DNA of 64,000 bases from assembly GCA_963814275.1 (NCBI GenBank), contig CAWFCE010000002.1:1195263-1259262 (forward strand), written 5' to 3'. A program made the translations under genes and the position numbers. The notes beneath the pieces were generated by a model. That model searched no databases. It had not been told where the DNA came from and saw only the letters and a list, made by a program, of their open reading frames with translations. This DNA is from Candidatus Parcubacteria bacterium. Its GTDB lineage: Bacteria > Patescibacteriota > Patescibacteriia > Patescibacteriales > UBA12075. Numbering within the stretch: position 1 is the first letter of the stretch; each line of letters starts with the position of its first letter. Below, piece after piece: positions 51,885-61,396 of this stretch.

Positions 51885-53549
51885 TTATTTCTCGCCACGC
51901 CGCTTGGTCGGCAGCTCTATATAAAAAGTAGTGCCGATCCCCTCCTGGGACTCGAACCATATTTTCCCGTTATGGTTATCGATTATGTTCTTCGCCACGA
52001 ATAGGTCCAGGCCGTTGCCTTCGGTATCGACGCGCAGGGCGTTATCCGCCCGGAAGAACTTGCCGAACATTTTCTTTTGCTGCCCCTTGGGTATCCCGAT
52101 GCCGCTGTCGCTCACGCTGATCTGGCAGCTGGTGTTATCTTTGAATTCGACATTTACTTTCACTTTACCGCGTTTCGGAGTATAGCTGATGGCGTTGCTC
52201 AGTATGGCCCCCAGCACCAGCTTGATCTTATAGACGTCAAGCGTGACCGGGGACAAATTATTAACGACCTGCAAATTAAAACCGATCAATTTTTTCCCTG
52301 CTTCCTCTTCGTAGCGGCGGCAGATATCGAGGATCAACGGCTCAATGTCGACGGATTCGTATTGATACTCGAATTTGCCCTCTTCGATCGAGCTGACTTC
52401 CAGCAGATCGTTGATCAGGAATATCAGCCGGTCATTGTACTGGTAGCATTGTTCCAGCACTCTTTTCTGTTCATCCGATACCGGGCCGAAATCCCCTGTC
52501 TTGAGCAAATTCAAGGCTCCTTTGATGGCTGACAGAGGGGTGCGGAGCTGATGGCCGGCGATCGTGATGAATTCTGATTTCATATTGTCAACGAATTTTT
52601 CCCGACTGATATCCCGGATCACTTTGGCCATTCCGATATATTCGTCGGCCTCATTGCGGATTGCCGAAGATGACACCAGGAGGGTGTTGTCAGGCTGCGT
52701 GGCGGGTACGATCTCCTGTCCGCGGCTGGTATCGACTGACAGGATCTGCCGTAAGATCGGAAAGTTGTCTATCTTGATCTGGATGATATTCTTGCCGATG
52801 AGATCCTTGCCTTTGATATCAAGATATTTTTCCGCTTGCGGGTTCACCAATTCGATCACGTCTTTGTTGTTGATGTAGATCAAGCCATCCGTCAGATCGG
52901 CAAAAACCGACTTCACCTTGTCGCGTTCCTCGGTTACTTCCTGCTCCCGCTTGCGGATGCTGCCCGCGTACTTACTGACGAAAAAACCCAACATATAGAA
53001 ACTGGTCACGATCGTAAACGTATTGATCAACACCGGCCAGAACGAGGCGGCCAAAGAGAATTCGAAGGCGTCATTGTAACGGGGAATATACGGAAATATG
53101 CCCAGCAACTGTCCCCATAACAAGCCGCTGTACAAAACGCAGATTAGGGTGGTGAATACGAGCACGCCGCGATATTGATAGAAGAAACCGGACGCGATTA
53201 TGACAAACGTAAAATACAGGAAAGAGATACTGATGATCCCGCCGGCCAGGTAGATGGTAAAAGTCAAAATGATGCTGTCGATAACCAGCTGCAGGGCGGT
53301 GACCAGCCATACTCCCTGCGCGCTAGGCTTTTTTATCCGCCAAAAATACAAGGTATACAATACATTGACCAAGAACGAACAACCGACCAGCGCGGCCAGT
53401 CCGAGGGGCGACAAATTGACCCCAACCATCCCGGACAATCGGTTCAACAGACCGGTCAATGCCAGAGAGCCCAAATAAAACCACCGCACTTTGACGAGCA
53501 GGCGGTTGGCGGCGATCAATTGTAACAGTCTATCGGAATTTAATTTCAT
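51885..53549 (-). CDS. sensor histidine kinase
   Basis: 554 aa. N-terminal TM bundle, PAS-like region, H-box TIAGHQLRTPLSAI and an HATPase_c domain (DSGIGIP, GNGLDLFV). Confidence 0.88.
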   Translation of the reverse strand: MKLNSDRLLQLIAANRLLVKVRWFYLGSLALTGLLNRLSGMVGVNLSPLGLAALVGCSFLVNVLYTLYFWRIKKPSAQGVWLVTALQLVIDSIILTFTIYLAGGIISISFLYFTFVIIASGFFYQYRGVLVFTTLICVLYSGLLWGQLLGIFPYIPRYNDAFEFSLAASFWPVLINTFTIVTSFYMLGFFVSKYAGSIRKREQEVTEERDKVKSVFADLTDGLIYINNKDVIELVNPQAEKYLDIKGKDLIGKNIIQIKIDNFPILRQILSVDTSRGQEIVPATQPDNTLLVSSSAIRNEADEYIGMAKVIRDISREKFVDNMKSEFITIAGHQLRTPLSAIKGALNLLKTGDFGPVSDEQKRVLEQCYQYNDRLIFLINDLLEVSSIEEGKFEYQYESVDIEPLILDICRRYEEEAGKKLIGFNLQVVNNLSPVTLDVYKIKLVLGAILSNAISYTPKRGKVKVNVEFKDNTSCQISVSDSGIGIPKGQQKKMFGKFFRADNALRVDTEGNGLDLFVAKNIIDNHNGKIWFESQEGIGTTFYIELPTKRRGEK

Positions 53550-53683
53550 GTGATTCAGATAACAAATAGCAGAAAACAGATAACGGAATCTTATATTAAT
53601 TTAAGCTTAAATAAAAGCTGTTGCTTTATTCGCATTGAACTTTCGAACTGAATTATTACTGCCAAAATCAAGAATACAGTTTT

Positions 53684-54085
53684 TTAACCGTCTAATCGTT
53701 CACGCAGGCGGCGGGCAATGCCCTCCAGTTCCTCCGTAGATAATTTCTTCACGTTCTTCAAATCAAGGGAATCGCCGTGGCCGTCGTTCGGGAAACGGGG
53801 TATCAGCCAGACGTGGGCGTGTGGCACTTCCTCGCCGAAAACGGCGGAAACCACCCATTCCGTATTGAACTCCCGACGCAGCGCATTGGCGATCCTTCCT
53901 ACCACGCCGTAATATGCGCCGATATCAGGCACGTCCCAGACCCAGCGGTAATGCTTCTTGGGTATGACAAGCGTATGGCCGGGATTGCGCGGCGTGATAT
54001 CGAGGAATGCCAAAAAATCGTTATCCTCGTAAATTTTATAGCTGGGGATGTCCCCGGTTATGATTTTACAGAAAATGCACTCCAT
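53684..54085 (-). CDS. HIT family protein
   Basis: 133 aa. CIFCKI and histidine triad HAHVWLIP. Confidence 0.85.
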   Translation of the reverse strand: MECIFCKIITGDIPSYKIYEDNDFLAFLDITPRNPGHTLVIPKKHYRWVWDVPDIGAYYGVVGRIANALRREFNTEWVVSAVFGEEVPHAHVWLIPRFPNDGHGDSLDLKNVKKLSTEELEGIARRLRERLDG

Positions 54086-54218
54086 AAATATAATCCGAAT
54101 ATTCCGAATTGATTTCCGAATGCTCCGAATATGTCATATCCAAACTATTCGGATAATTCGCATTCGAGGCATTCGCCTGCCTGCCGGCAGGCAGGGATAA
54201 ATTCGTGGATTCGGATTA

Positions 54219-54626
54219 TTATTTTATGTTTTCCGTCACTTGTTTGAGGCAATGCTCCGCTTCGCCTTCGGAGTAGCCGCTTTGCGGCCAGCGTTCCAGT
54301 CCGTCGCCTTCGGCGCGGGGTACGACGTGGAAATGGGCGTGCGGTACGTGCTGGTTGGCCGCGCTTTTATTGTCCAGGAATACGCTATAGCCTTTTACGC
54401 CCAGCCCGGCCATTACGGCCTGGCCGATCTTCTTGACCGCGACCGCCATGGCGGAAATTTCCTCATCGCTCAGGCTCTCGACGTCCCCTTCGTGCTTCTT
54501 GGGTACGACGATCGTATGGCCCGGGCTGATCGGCAGGATATCGAAAAAGGCCATTACCTTGTCGTCTTCATAGACTTTGTAGCTGGGGATGTCCCCGGCA
54601 ATGATTTTGCAGAAAATGCAATCCAT
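54219..54626 (-). CDS. HIT family protein
   Basis: 135 aa. CIFCKI and histidine triad HAHFHVVP. Confidence 0.88.
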   Translation of the reverse strand: MDCIFCKIIAGDIPSYKVYEDDKVMAFFDILPISPGHTIVVPKKHEGDVESLSDEEISAMAVAVKKIGQAVMAGLGVKGYSVFLDNKSAANQHVPHAHFHVVPRAEGDGLERWPQSGYSEGEAEHCLKQVTENIK

Positions 54627-54718
54627 GTTTCAAATTTCGAATTACGAATTTCGAATTTCGAATAATGATTCGAAATAACGAAAATACATTTCGAACAAAT
54701 AATAATTAATTGGTTATA

Positions 54719-55171
54719 TTAAATGATTTTATATGGAGAATCCGGGTCTTTTTCCCAGCGGATTTCGTCTATCTCCTCTGCTTTGCCTTCCCCCTTATAA
54801 AGCTTGTCGGGTAAGTTGATCGAGTAGGCGCTAGCTTCGGAAACGCATTTATACCCATGCACGACGCCGGGGGGTACGATCACAAAGCAGGCATTTTCTT
54901 CTCCCGCACTCAGTTTCATATATTCGTCCTTGGTCGGAGAATTATCCCGCCGGTCCCACAAATGCAATTCGAAAGTACCCGGACCGACAAAGACGAACAT
55001 ATCCGACTGATATACGTGTTCATGCGGACCACGGACCACTCCCGGCTTAGTCACGCTCACATAGCACATAAGCGGCCGGTAGTTGACCTCGTCACTACGG
55101 TAAAACTCAGCCAGCCAACCGCGCTCATCTTCGTATTTATCTATTTTTTTAATTAACACGCCTTCGATCAT
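54719..55171 (-). CDS. rfbC: dTDP-4-dehydrorhamnose 3,5-epimerase-like cupin
   Basis: 150 aa. DERGWLAEFYR...RGPHEH...PPGVVHGY is a short RmlC-like cupin. Confidence 0.65.
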   Translation of the reverse strand: MIEGVLIKKIDKYEDERGWLAEFYRSDEVNYRPLMCYVSVTKPGVVRGPHEHVYQSDMFVFVGPGTFELHLWDRRDNSPTKDEYMKLSAGEENACFVIVPPGVVHGYKCVSEASAYSINLPDKLYKGEGKAEEIDEIRWEKDPDSPYKII

Positions 55172-55266
55172 TTATTTTATCTTAGAATATAAATATTTTC
55201 TTGAACTTGTTACCAATTTTACTAATTACCAGTCTTACCACTTACCAGTCTTACTGAATTGCACAA

Positions 55267-56310
55267 TTATTGCCCCACATTCTTGAACAAGGGCATACCC
55301 GTGTCCGGGCTGGTCGGGACGTAGATCGTGCCTTCGCGGTCTTTCAATTGGTTAATATAGGAATAATACAGGTAATTCGTGGTCAGCGATTCGTTGATGA
55401 TCTTCTGGGCGTCGCGCTGGCCCTCGGCTTCGATCACTTTGCGCTCTTTCTCTTTCTTTTCCGTTTCCAGGATGAAGTCGTATTTTTCCGCTTCCTGTTC
55501 GGCCTGAAGCTTCTCCTGGATCGCGTTGGCCAGGTTCGGCGGCAGGACCACGTTGCGCAAAAGAACGCTTTCGACGGTAATGCCTCGCGGGTCCAGCTCG
55601 GCCTTAAGCTTGTCCTGTATCTTCTGGGATGCTTCTTCGCGTTTCACGGAATAAATATCCTTCGCTTCATAGCCGGCAATGACATCACGGATAGCGGTCC
55701 GGATGGTCGGCCGGATAATTTTTTCGTCATAATTCAGGCCCAATTCGCTATAGACGTCCGATGCTTTATCCTCCTGCAGGCGGTAGAGTACGGTCATGTC
55801 CAGGTCCACATTCAACCCTTCCTTGGTCAGGGCGGCGATCGAATCATCGCCTGTCCGCTTGCCCTCGCTCGTCGTTATGCTCATTGTGTATTCCTCGGTC
55901 CGGATGCTCATCCTGGTCACTTTGGCCAAAGGTATTACCAGGTGAAAGCCGGGTGACAGCTCGCTGTCCCGCACTTTGCCGAAAAGCGAATAAACGCCGG
56001 TTTCGCCCGCGTCCACGATCTGGATCGAGGCGAAGAACAGCCAAGCCAGGAAGATAACGACCACGGCGCTGATAAAGATGCTTTTCGCTTTTTTTAATGA
56101 TTTGATTTTGTCCAAATCTATCGGATTGCCCATGTTTTTGTAGTTATTAATATTATTAAAGTTAAAATTATTTTTAAACTTTTGATAAACGAAATATAAC
56201 GCCACAGCCACGATTAAGAGCGCAATGATATTTTTGCCTAAAATCGGCAATAAAAAAAGAACCGCGAACAATATCAGGGGCCAATTGCTTTTTAGCTTAT
56301 TCATGTCCAT
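55267..56310 (-). CDS. SPFH/band-7 (prohibitin-like) domain protein
   Basis: 347 aa. N-terminal TM helices, an SPFH core (VDAGETGVYSLFGKV...) and a C-terminal coiled coil (EQEAEKY...EAEGQRDAQKI). Confidence 0.8.
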   Translation of the reverse strand: MDMNKLKSNWPLILFAVLFLLPILGKNIIALLIVAVALYFVYQKFKNNFNFNNINNYKNMGNPIDLDKIKSLKKAKSIFISAVVVIFLAWLFFASIQIVDAGETGVYSLFGKVRDSELSPGFHLVIPLAKVTRMSIRTEEYTMSITTSEGKRTGDDSIAALTKEGLNVDLDMTVLYRLQEDKASDVYSELGLNYDEKIIRPTIRTAIRDVIAGYEAKDIYSVKREEASQKIQDKLKAELDPRGITVESVLLRNVVLPPNLANAIQEKLQAEQEAEKYDFILETEKKEKERKVIEAEGQRDAQKIINESLTTNYLYYSYINQLKDREGTIYVPTSPDTGMPLFKNVGQ

Positions 56311-56497
56311 CTTTTTTCGCGAATAACAATAATATTATACCATTAATAAGCCAAAAAAGTAAAACGAAATTGGTATTGATATAGGCAATTACGATACCTG
56401 GGTGAATCAATTCGAGTACAATAAATAAAGCCAGTGTCCAGGTCAGCACAGAGAATATTTCTTTGAATATCATATTAATCATATAAATCCCTGCCAA
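56297..56497 (-). CDS. small membrane protein
   Basis: 66 aa, 2 TM helices; overlaps the start of the SPFH gene. Confidence 0.4.
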   Translation of the reverse strand: MAGIYMINMIFKEIFSVLTWTLALFIVLELIHPGIVIAYINTNFVLLFWLINGIILLLFAKKDGHE

Positions 56498-56539
56498 TTA
56501 TATACCATATATAAATAATTTTGCAGGGATTTATATGAT

Positions 56540-57970
56540 TCATAAGATTTCTTTTATTTTTTCAAAAAGTGATTTGCCTTCCAAGTCAGCTTTAATTGAT
56601 TTAATTTCAACAAAATCATCAATCTCATCATCGGCGCGGAGGCCGGGTATGGAGATAATGAAAGAATACGCGCCGTTTTCGCGGTAGGCGGAGGATAGAT
56701 CGATGTCAGCGGCAGCGGTCTGCCAGCCATCTGCTGACGCGGGCGGATAGTAGCCGGCTATTACATAATCTATCCCCTCTTTATCCGGATCGAACGTGGC
56801 GTCGACTTTCCTGATGGCGGGGTTAAGCAATTCTTCCGGGCGCAAGGTGAAGACGCCGTCGCCGGTCAGGGTAATCCCGTCTTTTTCCAGCTCGATCGGG
56901 GCAGGTTGGCCGGGTTTAGCGTCTGTTTGGGCGGTGTACTGGCGGTAGGTTTCGGCCATATCGATGGTAGAAGAACCGACCCTGAGCGTTTGCAGGCTCT
57001 CCGGTCGGGATGTTACCGCCTGAATTTGCCGGCTGTCGGTATAGAAAACAAAATTCTCCTCTCCGGAAGCATACAAGGGCACTTTGCCGATTAACGACAG
57101 CTTGCTTTGCGCTGTGTCTATCCGGTCGGTGACGATGTCACTGCCGGCGCGCACCGCGATCTTATAGACACCCTCAGGCAGTCCGGGCAGGTCAAAAGAC
57201 GCTTTTTCGTTCCCGCCGGACTGGCCGTTTTCCGGGGCGCCCGCGTCTTCGACCTTTCGGGAATCGATCGGTTCGCCGTTATAATAAAGGATGATCTCGA
57301 CCGGGTCCGGATCCCGGTTAAGGTTCAGGTCATGAAAGGTGAAATCGAAGCGGAGCGGCTCATCCTTGACATAGGTATAGAACTGGTAATCACCCCGGAG
57401 GGCAATGCCGATATCGCGCATGGCGCTCGAACTGGCATAACCGGATAAAAGATAGGGCAAGCGCAAATCATAATTATATACGGCAATACGCCCGCGCCCG
57501 GGCGGATTGGCCAGGAAATCGCCGATCGAATCGTAATCAGGCTGGCGCTGCAGCAGCAGCGTCTCCCCTTCCCTGACCGCGTTCCAGTCTCCGGCCAATC
57601 GGTCGAGCAAACTGTTATCCAAAGGCTTAAGCGAGTAGCGCCACACGGTCTTATCGACCAAGGCTCCGGTTTCGATGATGGGCTTAGTAGAATCGTTCTT
57701 ATATTCGATCGTTAATTTGGCTTTATCGAAGCGGCGCGGGGTGTACAAAGCAAAATAGACCGGATCGCCGGTCAGTTTGACAGTGTGGCTGTCGGTTCTT
57801 TCCACTCTGTCGTCCGGAGTGAGCGCCCGGATAAAATAGCTGCTCGCGGTAAAATCCTGCTTATAGGTAATTTTCCCGCCGGGAACGACTGTCATATAGA
57901 CAAGCCAAACAAGCAACAGCCCCAAGGCCGTCCACAATATGATCCTGATTTTAATCTTTATATCCGGCAT
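56540..57970 (-). CDS. hypothetical TM-anchored extracytoplasmic protein
   Basis: 476 aa with an N-terminal TM helix. Its start codon overlaps the recombinase stop (TAATG). Confidence 0.5.
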   Translation of the reverse strand: MPDIKIKIRIILWTALGLLLVWLVYMTVVPGGKITYKQDFTASSYFIRALTPDDRVERTDSHTVKLTGDPVYFALYTPRRFDKAKLTIEYKNDSTKPIIETGALVDKTVWRYSLKPLDNSLLDRLAGDWNAVREGETLLLQRQPDYDSIGDFLANPPGRGRIAVYNYDLRLPYLLSGYASSSAMRDIGIALRGDYQFYTYVKDEPLRFDFTFHDLNLNRDPDPVEIILYYNGEPIDSRKVEDAGAPENGQSGGNEKASFDLPGLPEGVYKIAVRAGSDIVTDRIDTAQSKLSLIGKVPLYASGEENFVFYTDSRQIQAVTSRPESLQTLRVGSSTIDMAETYRQYTAQTDAKPGQPAPIELEKDGITLTGDGVFTLRPEELLNPAIRKVDATFDPDKEGIDYVIAGYYPPASADGWQTAAADIDLSSAYRENGAYSFIISIPGLRADDEIDDFVEIKSIKADLEGKSLFEKIKEIL

Positions 57971-58782
57971 TAATATGGGCTTTTTATTTTTTTAATCCCC
58001 GGATTGGTTACCTGGGTGTAGTGCTGGGTGGTACGGATATTGGCGTGCCCGAGCAGGGCCTGCACATAGCGTACATCCGTTCCCTGTTCCAGCAAATGAG
58101 TGGCAAAGCTATGCCGCAGAGAATGGAAGGTCGCGTCTTTTTTTATTTCCGTGTCTTTAAGCGCGCGTTCAAATATGGCTTGCACGGCGCGCGAGGAATA
58201 TTTCCCGCCTCGGTTGCTCATGAATACCGGATCACCGGCTTGCCGCTCGCAGATGAATTCCCTTAAATCATGCCTGAGCAGTTCGGATATAATCGTTATT
58301 CTATCCTTTTTGCCCTTAGCGCCTTTGATGTGGATTATCAATTCTTCCAAATCAAAATCTCTGACGCGCAGGCCTGTTACTTCGCTGATCCGCAGTCCGG
58401 CCGCATATGACAATTCGATCATCAGGCGGTGCTGACGGTTTTTTATTTTGCTCATCAGCAATTTAATTTCCCGCGAACTCATTACTACCGGCAGTTTACT
58501 CTCTCTTTTTGCGAATTTAACGTCGATTTTATCAGATATATTTAGAATATCCCGGTATAGGAATTTTACCGCATTCAAGGCCAGATTAATAGTCTGCGCG
58601 GCCAGATCTCGTTTTCTCATTTCCAGCAAGAAATCTTTAACCGCTTCTTCTTTGCTTTCTTTTTTGTTAATAGTCACGTATTTTAAATATTCCCTGATAT
58701 ATCTCAGGTAGCTGGTTATGGTTTTTCCACTATAGATCATCATCACTAATTCTCTTTCTGTTTTAGCTAAAATAGATTGCAT
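57970..58782 (-). CDS. tyrosine recombinase, integron-integrase-like N-terminus but Xer-sized (array 2 recombinase)
   Basis: 270 aa. SGKTITSYLRYIREYLKY core-binding domain; catalytic set AGLRISE, GKKDR, HSLRHSFATH, LLGH, QHYTQV. Divergent from the cassette array that starts at 58897. Confidence 0.85.
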   Translation of the reverse strand: MQSILAKTERELVMMIYSGKTITSYLRYIREYLKYVTINKKESKEEAVKDFLLEMRKRDLAAQTINLALNAVKFLYRDILNISDKIDVKFAKRESKLPVVMSSREIKLLMSKIKNRQHRLMIELSYAAGLRISEVTGLRVRDFDLEELIIHIKGAKGKKDRITIISELLRHDLREFICERQAGDPVFMSNRGGKYSSRAVQAIFERALKDTEIKKDATFHSLRHSFATHLLEQGTDVRYVQALLGHANIRTTQHYTQVTNPGIKKIKSPY

Positions 58783-58889
58783 TTTATTAAATATTTGCTA
58801 AAATATAATAAGAAACGTGTTGACAATATTATACCAAATATTTCACATAATATACAAAAAAACACCATTATTTTACATATTTTCGCATA

Positions 58890-58903
58890 ATAACCAGTTG
58901 TAC
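58890..58903 (+). other. attI-like site of array 2 (ATAACCAGTTGTAC)
   Basis: First GTTRRRY box (GTTGTAC, 58897-903). Exactly complementary to the R'' GTACAAC of the first cassette. Shares ATAACCAGTT with array 1. Confidence 0.5.
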
Positions 58904-58930
58904 GAAATTTGAGAACTTATTATTCAAAAT

Positions 58931-59260
58931 ATGTGGAAACAACTAAACAAAAAAACGAAAAATCTAGGATACATTACTCTCACTATTACAGTAATTATTC
59001 TTTTTCAAGTGGCAAATTTTAGAAATATATATCCAGGGTATTGTGATTTAGTACCCGATAAAAAATGTTTTGGTTTTCTCTCTGTTGGTGTCCAAATTAT
59101 TATATTGATATTTTTCATAATTGCTTTTGGAATTGCGTTATCAAAAAACATTCAAGCGATAAAAGGCAAAGAGCCAGCAGACATTGACATGGTTAGAATT
59201 ATTGCGTGGGCGGTACTAATCACATTTTTTATCGGAGTAATATTTGAATTCTTTTTTTGA
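58931..59260 (+). CDS. small membrane protein (array 2 cassette 1)
   Basis: 109 aa, 3 TM helices. Flanked by the inverted repeat GAAATTTGAGAACTTATTATTC / GAATAATAAGTTCTCAAACTCC. Confidence 0.5.
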   Translation: MWKQLNKKTKNLGYITLTITVIILFQVANFRNIYPGYCDLVPDKKCFGFLSVGVQIIILIFFIIAFGIALSKNIQAIKGKEPADIDMVRIIAWAVLITFFIGVIFEFFF

Positions 59261-59347
59261 ATAATAAGTTCTCAAACTCCTTCGGCCCCGCTGCGCTCTC
59301 GGCCTGCCTCTTTTTATTAATTTAATAATGAGGGCAGACCTCGGGTC

Positions 59348-59446
59348 GTACAACACGCTGTATCTGGTTCGGGGCTCAGCCCGCCCCTCTCCCAAATTCG
59401 CTTCCGCTTCGCTCCAGCGAACTTCAGATACAGCGATATGTTAAAT
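59348..59446 (+). repeat. attC-like site, array 2 no. 1
   Basis: R'' GTACAAC is the reverse complement of the attI-like GTTGTAC. CGCTGTATCTGG / CAGATACAGCG stems; GGTTCG; H1 GGGCTCAGCCC; CTCTCCCAAATT. R' is GTTAAAT (59440-46). Preceded by a hairpin module at 59271-59347. Confidence 0.75.
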
Positions 59447-59542
59447 GAAATTGGCTTCACGATTAGCACATTCCATAGAATGTGCTATAGAATACTCTAT
59501 AGGTGGTTAATCCAAATTAATCGCAAGCCAACTTCACTTAAC
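59441..59542 (+). other. conserved ORF-less cassette, copy 2 of 3
   Basis: GAAATTGGCT...TTAATCGCAAGCCAACTTC-ACTTAAC with internal hairpin GCACATTC-CATA-GAATGTGC. Confidence 0.6.
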
Positions 59543-60215
59543 AGGTGATATGCGACTGCGAAAAGTAATTTTTATTTTTTAATTTTTATGTGGCGAACAA
59601 TTTCATCTAAAGAGATATTCAATCATCCACGCATTGTATTAGTCGAGGATGAGGTTGAATTACCGAATGGCAAAGTAACCAAATACCTTAGATACAAGGA
59701 CAGTGGTGCTGGCGTCGTTACCATAGTCTGCAGGCGTGATGACGGCAAGATATTATTACAGAAAGAATATTCCTACCCGATCAACCAAAAACTTTTCCAA
59801 TTTCCTGGCGGCGGAACACATCCGGGTGAAAAACTGGAAGACGGAGCTAACCGCGAACTAATGGAAGAAGCGAACTTAAGAGCTAACAAACTTGAGTTAA
59901 TTGGAAAATATCTGAAAAATAATCGTCGTTCCAAGGTAATGTTTCATGTTTACCTTGCTACAGATTTAGTAAGTGACTCGTTGCCCAGCGACGAAACCGA
60001 AGAAATCGAAAGTTTTTGGTTTAGTGAAGACGAAATTGACGACATGATAAGAAATGGGGACATTATAAATAACCACGCCTTGTCTGCCTGGATACTTTAT
60101 AAGATAAAAATTAAAAAATAAAAATCACTTTTCTCCGTCCAAATTCCTGTCCCTCTTTTTAGATAATTTTAATAATGAGTCGGGGCAGGAACTTCGCATA
60201 TCACAGATGTTATGT
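59536..60215 (+). repeat. attC-like site, array 2 no. 2, split by a nested cassette (59560-60133)
   Basis: R'' ACTTAAC. L'' GGTGATATGCG pairs with L' CGCATATCAC. TCCAAATT and the H2 stem CCTGTCCC...GGGGCAGG follow. R' is GTTATGT (60209-15). Paralog of the array 1 site at 32010-32534. Confidence 0.7.
59588..60121 (+). CDS. NUDIX hydrolase, ADP-ribose pyrophosphatase-like (nested cassette)
   Basis: 177 aa. Nudix box GGGTHPGEKLEDGANRELMEEANL. Flanked by a 28-bp inverted repeat (59560-87 / 60106-33). Confidence 0.8.
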   Translation: MWRTISSKEIFNHPRIVLVEDEVELPNGKVTKYLRYKDSGAGVVTIVCRRDDGKILLQKEYSYPINQKLFQFPGGGTHPGEKLEDGANRELMEEANLRANKLELIGKYLKNNRRSKVMFHVYLATDLVSDSLPSDETEEIESFWFSEDEIDDMIRNGDIINNHALSAWILYKIKIKK

Positions 60216-60270
60216 GAAATTTAAGTTGTGGCCTTAATTTAATTTAATATATTCAATAACTTCTTTCTTA

Positions 60271-60663
60271 ATGATAAAACAAGTTTCATTGTTAATATTA
60301 TTTGATAAAGATAAGCGCATTTTATTACAACATCGTTCCGAAGATCAAGAAGGATTACCTGGTTATTGGGCTTTTTTTGGTGGTCATATTGAAAACGGCG
60401 AAACACCAGAGCAGGCATTACTGAGAGAGTCTGAGGAGGAATTAGAGTATATGCCGGAAAACCCTCGCCTAGTTATGACTCAGGATTTTATGCACGACAA
60501 TATACGACATAGAAAATACGTTTATTTAGAGGAATATAATAACAGCAAACTTGTTCAACACGAGGGTCAAGCTATGGGATGGTACCATTTAGGCGAAATA
60601 CAAAAATTAAAAATGGTAGACCACGACCGAGAAGTTATTGATTATATTAAAAACAAATATTGA
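60271..60663 (+). CDS. NUDIX hydrolase (second copy of the cassette at 36816-37208)
   Basis: Protein identical to the array 1 copy. Only synonymous nucleotide differences were seen by eye (TTG/TTA, GGC/GGT, CCC/CCT). Confidence 0.85.
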   Translation: MIKQVSLLILFDKDKRILLQHRSEDQEGLPGYWAFFGGHIENGETPEQALLRESEEELEYMPENPRLVMTQDFMHDNIRHRKYVYLEEYNNSKLVQHEGQAMGWYHLGEIQKLKMVDHDREVIDYIKNKY

Positions 60664-60682
60664 GTGCCACAACTTAAACATC

Positions 60683-60888
60683 ATATAACACCACGATAAG
60701 CGGCTCCAGAAAATTTTCTTTATTAATATTAAACAGGAATAAAATTTTCTACCGGCCCAAATTTCATTTCAGTTTTCTGATGAACGTTCAATAAACGTTC
60801 ATCGCTCCACGATTATCTGATATTGATAATAATCGATTCTAAAACGGAAAACTGAAGTGAAACTTAGCTTCATCGGTGAACGTTAGGC
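60683..60888 (+). repeat. attC-like site, array 2 no. 4 (copy of site 17)
   Basis: R'' ATATAAC (one substitution relative to copy 1). Same 206-bp body. R' is GTTAGGC (60882-88), which differs from copy 1 (GTTAAAT). Confidence 0.72.
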
Positions 60889-60914
60889 GAAATATTTTTA
60901 AAGCAACAAATCTT

Positions 60915-61124
60915 ATGAACAAAAAAATAATAACAATTTTGATAATATCCATTGTGGCATTATCAATCATCTCAGCTCTGTCAATCAATCATTGTCGAAA
61001 AACATGCAACTGTCCGATTGAATCAATGTGCTCAAAAATATGCGATTCGGCTTTACAATTTTTTGACATAGACAGTTGTCCATATATAACAAATTTTCCT
61101 GAAATTCAACCAACAAATAATTAA
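60915..61124 (+). CDS. small TM-anchored Cys-rich protein
   Basis: ATG at 60915 (MNKKIITILIISIVALS). The track start at 60876 reads through the attC-like site. Confidence 0.5.
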   Translation: MNKKIITILIISIVALSIISALSINHCRKTCNCPIESMCSKICDSALQFFDIDSCPYITNFPEIQPTNN

Positions 61125-61145
61125 CTGTTGCTTTAAAAATACATC

Positions 61146-61302
61146 GCCTAACACCGCGATAAGCGGCTCCATCTCGCTTATTATTAATAAATGATAATAT
61201 TAAATGGCGGGATTCCGACCCAAATTTCAATCCTTTCTTTTAAGTATTAATTTTAATAATGTAGAAAGAATTGAAACATCGCTTCATCGGGAAACGTTAT
61301 AT
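61146..61302 (+). repeat. attC-like site, array 2 no. 5
   Basis: R'' GCCTAAC is the reverse complement of the upstream GTTAGGC. Family of sites 3, 11, 13 and 17. R' is GTTATAT (61296-302). Confidence 0.75.
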
Positions 61303-61396
61303 AAAATTGGCTTCACATATAGTGTACACCATAGCGCCATCTATAGAGTACACTAACGTAATAAATAAAATTAATCGCGAGCCAACTTCACTTAAC
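61297..61396 (+). other. conserved ORF-less cassette, copy 3 of 3
   Basis: AAAATTGGCT...TTAATCGCGAGCCAACTTC-ACTTAAC with internal TAGTGTACACC...GAGTACACTA. Confidence 0.6.

Noticed and set aside
58820-58853. Possible cassette promoter: TTGACA (58820-25) with downstream CATAAT/TAATAT.
   Set aside because: The spacing to the best -10 candidates is 20-22 nt and the 17-nt-spaced hexamer (TCACAT) is poor. The equally weak TTAACA...ATATAA candidate in array 1 (about 25826-25853) cannot be supported without TSS data either.
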